In this document: piece by piece, positions 36,901 to 39,894 of the stretch | Position numbering within the stretch: the first letter of the stretch is position 1 | Layout of the letters: every line of letters begins with the position of its first letter | The notes under the pieces: generated by a model | What the model was told of the DNA's origin: nothing | The model's database searches: none | The model's input: only the letters and a program-made list of their open reading frames with translations | NCBI GenBank assembly: GCA_002189035.1 | Contig: NEEC01000057.1 | Span: 1 to 39,894 of the forward strand | DNA length: 39,894 bases | From: Utricularia gibba | Lineage: Eukaryota; Plantae; Magnoliophyta | Direction: 5' to 3' | Position numbers and translations under genes: made by a program

Positions 36901-39894
36901 CGTTTTTCCGATAACTGTGGACATATTAAAAACAACCTCAACGAAAAGTGTCTTCCGTGTCCTTCCTTGGTGGCTGCGTCTAAGAATGTGCTTCTCGTTC
37001 TCGACATTGATGCAAATGGGATACACGGCAAAAGAATCAAATAGCCACTAGAGACATGTGTATGGAATGGTGCATCAAGAATCAGAAGTATCATAGCAAC
37101 TAATTGAATCAATCAACAGCCAAAACATATGGTGTCAAACTTCATCGGATATGCGATCAAGATGGAAAAAAGTCACATGTTACATCATGAATTTCGTGGC
37201 ATCACTTATCCCAACACTGTTGTATACTCAGGATATGCGTAAATATTTATTTTTAACAAATCCGGTGCACGTGTGATTTTTCGGCTGCATCCCGAATGGT
37301 GATGCGCAATGAAATGACTATGTCGCACATCCTGGTCCACGAAGCACCTCTTCGAAAACATGTAGAGCCTTACTCTTCATAGCACACCATTGGGAAGCTT
37401 TATTCGTGCTCCAAGTAATATCATATGGAGTTACGTTTTTCCGATAACTGTGGACATATTAAAAACAACCTCAACGAAAAGTTCTTCCGTGTCCTTCCTT
37501 GGTGGCTGCGTCTAAGAATGTGCTTCTCGTTCTCGACATTGATGCAAATGGGATACACGGCAAAAGAATCAAATCCACTAGAGACATGGTGTATGGGAAT
37601 GGTGCATCAAGAATCAGAAGTATCATAGCAACTAATTGAATCAATCAACAGCCAAAACATATGGTGTCAAACTTCATCGGATATGCGATCAAGATGGAAA
37701 AAAGTCACATGTTACATCATGAATTTCGTGGCATCACTTATCCCAACACTGTTGTATACTCAGGATATGCGTAAATATTTATTTTTAACAAATCCGGTGC
37801 ACGTGTGATTTTTCGGCTGCATCCCGAATGGTGATGCGCAATGAAATGACTATGTCGCACATCCTGGTCCACGAAGCACCTCTTCGAAAACATGTAGAGC
37901 CTTACTCTTCATAGCACACCATTGGGAAGCTTTATTCGTGCTCAAGTAATATCATATGGAGTTACGTTTTTCCGATAACTGTGGACATATTAAAAACAAC
38001 CTCAACGAAAAGTGTCTTCCGTGTCCTTCCTTGGTGCTGCGTCTAAGAATGTGCTTCTCGTTCTCGACATTGATGCAAATGGATACACGGCAAAAGAATC
38101 AAATAGCCACTAGAGACATGGTGTATGGGAATGGTGCATCAAGAATCAGAAGTATCATAGCAACTAATTGAATCAATCAACAGCCAAAACATATGGTGTC
38201 AAACTTCATCGGATATGCGATCAAGATGGAAAAAAGTCACATGTTACATCATGAATTTCGTGGCATCACTTATCCCAACACTGTTGTATACTCAGGATAT
38301 GCGTAAATATTTATTTTTAACAAATCCGGTGCACGTGTGATTTTTCGGCTGCATCCCGAATGGTGATGCGCAATGAAATGACTATGTCGCACATCCTGGT
38401 CCACGAAGCACCTCTTCGAAAACATGTAGAGCCTTACTCTTCATAGCACACCATTGGGAAGCTTTATTCGTGCTCCAAGTAATATCATATGGAGTTACGT
38501 TTTTCCGATAACTGTGGACATATTAAAAACAACCTCAACGAAAAGTGTCTTCCGTGTCCTTCCTTGGTGGCTGCGTCTAAGAATGTGCTTCTCGTTCTCG
38601 ACATTGATGCAAATGGGATACACGGCAAAGAATCAAATAGCCACTAGAGACATGGTGTATGGGAATGGTGCATCAAGAATCAGAAGTATCATAGCAACTA
38701 ATTGAATCAATCAACAGCCAAAACATATGGTGTCAAACTTCATCGGATATGCGATCAAGATGGAAAAAAGTCACATGTTACATCATGAATTTCGTGCATC
38801 ACTTATCCCAACACTGTTGTATACTCAGGATATGCGTAAATATTTATTTTTAACAAATCCGGTGCACGTGTGATTTTTCGGCTGCATCCCGAATGGTGAT
38901 GCGCAATGAAATGACTATGTCGCACATCCTGGTCCACGAAGCACCTCTTCGAAAACATGTAGAGCCTTACTCTTCATAGCACACCATTGGGAAGCTTTAT
39001 TCGTGCTCCAAGTAATATCATATGGAGTTACGTTTTTCCGATAACTGTGGACATATTAAAAACAACCTCAACGAAAAGTGTCTTCCGTGTCCTTCCTTGG
39101 TGGCTGCGTCTAAGAATGTGCTTCTCGTTCTCGACATTGATGCAAATGGGATACACGGCAAAAGAATCAAATAGCCACTAGAGACATGGTGTATGGGAAT
39201 GGTGCATCAAGAATCAGAAGTATCATAGCAACTAATTGAATCAATCAACAGCCAAAACATATGGTGTCAAACTTCATCGGATATGCGATCAAGATGGAAA
39301 AAAGTCACATGTTACATCATGAATTTCGTGGCATCACTTATCCCAACACTGTTGTATACTCAGGATATGCGTAAATATTTATTTTTAACAAATCCGGTGC
39401 ACGTGTGATTTTTCGGCTGCATCCCGAATGGTGATGCGCAATGAAATGACTATGTCGCACATCCTGGTCCACGAAGCACCTCTTCGAAAACATGTAGAGC
39501 CTTACTCTTCATAGCACACCATTGGGAAGCTTTATTCGTGCTCCAAGTAATATCATATGGAGTTACGTTTTCCGATAACTGTGGACATATTAAAAACAAC
39601 CTCAACGAAAAGTGTCTTCCGTGTCCTTCCTTGGTGCTGCGTCTAAGAATGTGCTTCTCGTTCTCGACATTGATGCAAATGGATACACGGCAAAAGAATC
39701 AAATAGCCACTAGAGACATGGTGTATGGAATGGTGCATCAAGAATCAGAAGTATCATAGCAACTAATTGAATCAATCAACAGCCAAAACACATATGGTGT
39801 CAAACTTCATCGGATATGCGATCAAGATGGAAAAAAGTCACATTTACATCATGAATTTCGTGGCATCACTTATCCCAACACTGTTGTATACTCA

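Larger units (their letters stand above)
1..39894. repeat. Tandem array (satellite DNA or concatemer) of a ~535-bp monomer, ~74 monomer-equivalents, all head-to-tail
   Basis: The identical 64-aa ORF recurs at exact 535-nt spacing (6660, 7195 ... 11475; 21224, 21759 ... 25504). CAACTAATTGAATCAATCAAC recurs at 1, 532, 3160, 3695 and onward to the end. No inverted copies or unique sequence were seen. Confidence 0.99.

Noticed and set aside
1-39894. Endless ORF or rolling-circle translation of a 535-nt circle
   Set aside because: Manual translation shows several stops in all three + frames, and the ORF track shows nothing above 121 aa on the minus strand.
1-39894. CRISPR array
   Set aside because: There are no short repeats separated by unique spacers; the whole 535-bp unit is repeated.

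Overview
The whole 39,894-nt window is one head-to-tail tandem array of a ~535-bp monomer (~41% GC by hand count). It holds about 71 near-intact copies plus about 3 monomer-equivalents of scrambled sequence, all in one orientation. There is no unique flanking DNA, no credible protein-coding gene and no CRISPR array; every ORF in the track is the same short repeat-derived frame. The centre is almost perfectly homogeneous, while both ends carry many 1-bp deletions typical of long-read consensus error. Two hidden signals lie on the minus strand of every monomer. (1) A 119-nt segment is colinear end-to-end with flowering-plant 5S rRNA (~53% identity by eye against a consensus recalled from memory) and is followed by a T6 Pol III-type terminator, suggesting a satellite derived from a decayed 5S rDNA unit. 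(2) A small hairpin has the loop TATGATATTAC(T), one base from the geminivirus origin loop TATAATATTAC, so a rolling-circle concatemer of a 535-nt circle cannot be excluded. Local anomalies are a microhomology-bounded 127-bp duplication, three scrambled blocks (the largest carrying repeated SNVs of a second monomer subtype) and recurrent indel haplotypes. The organism cannot be identified; an angiosperm is only an inference from the 5S-like segment.
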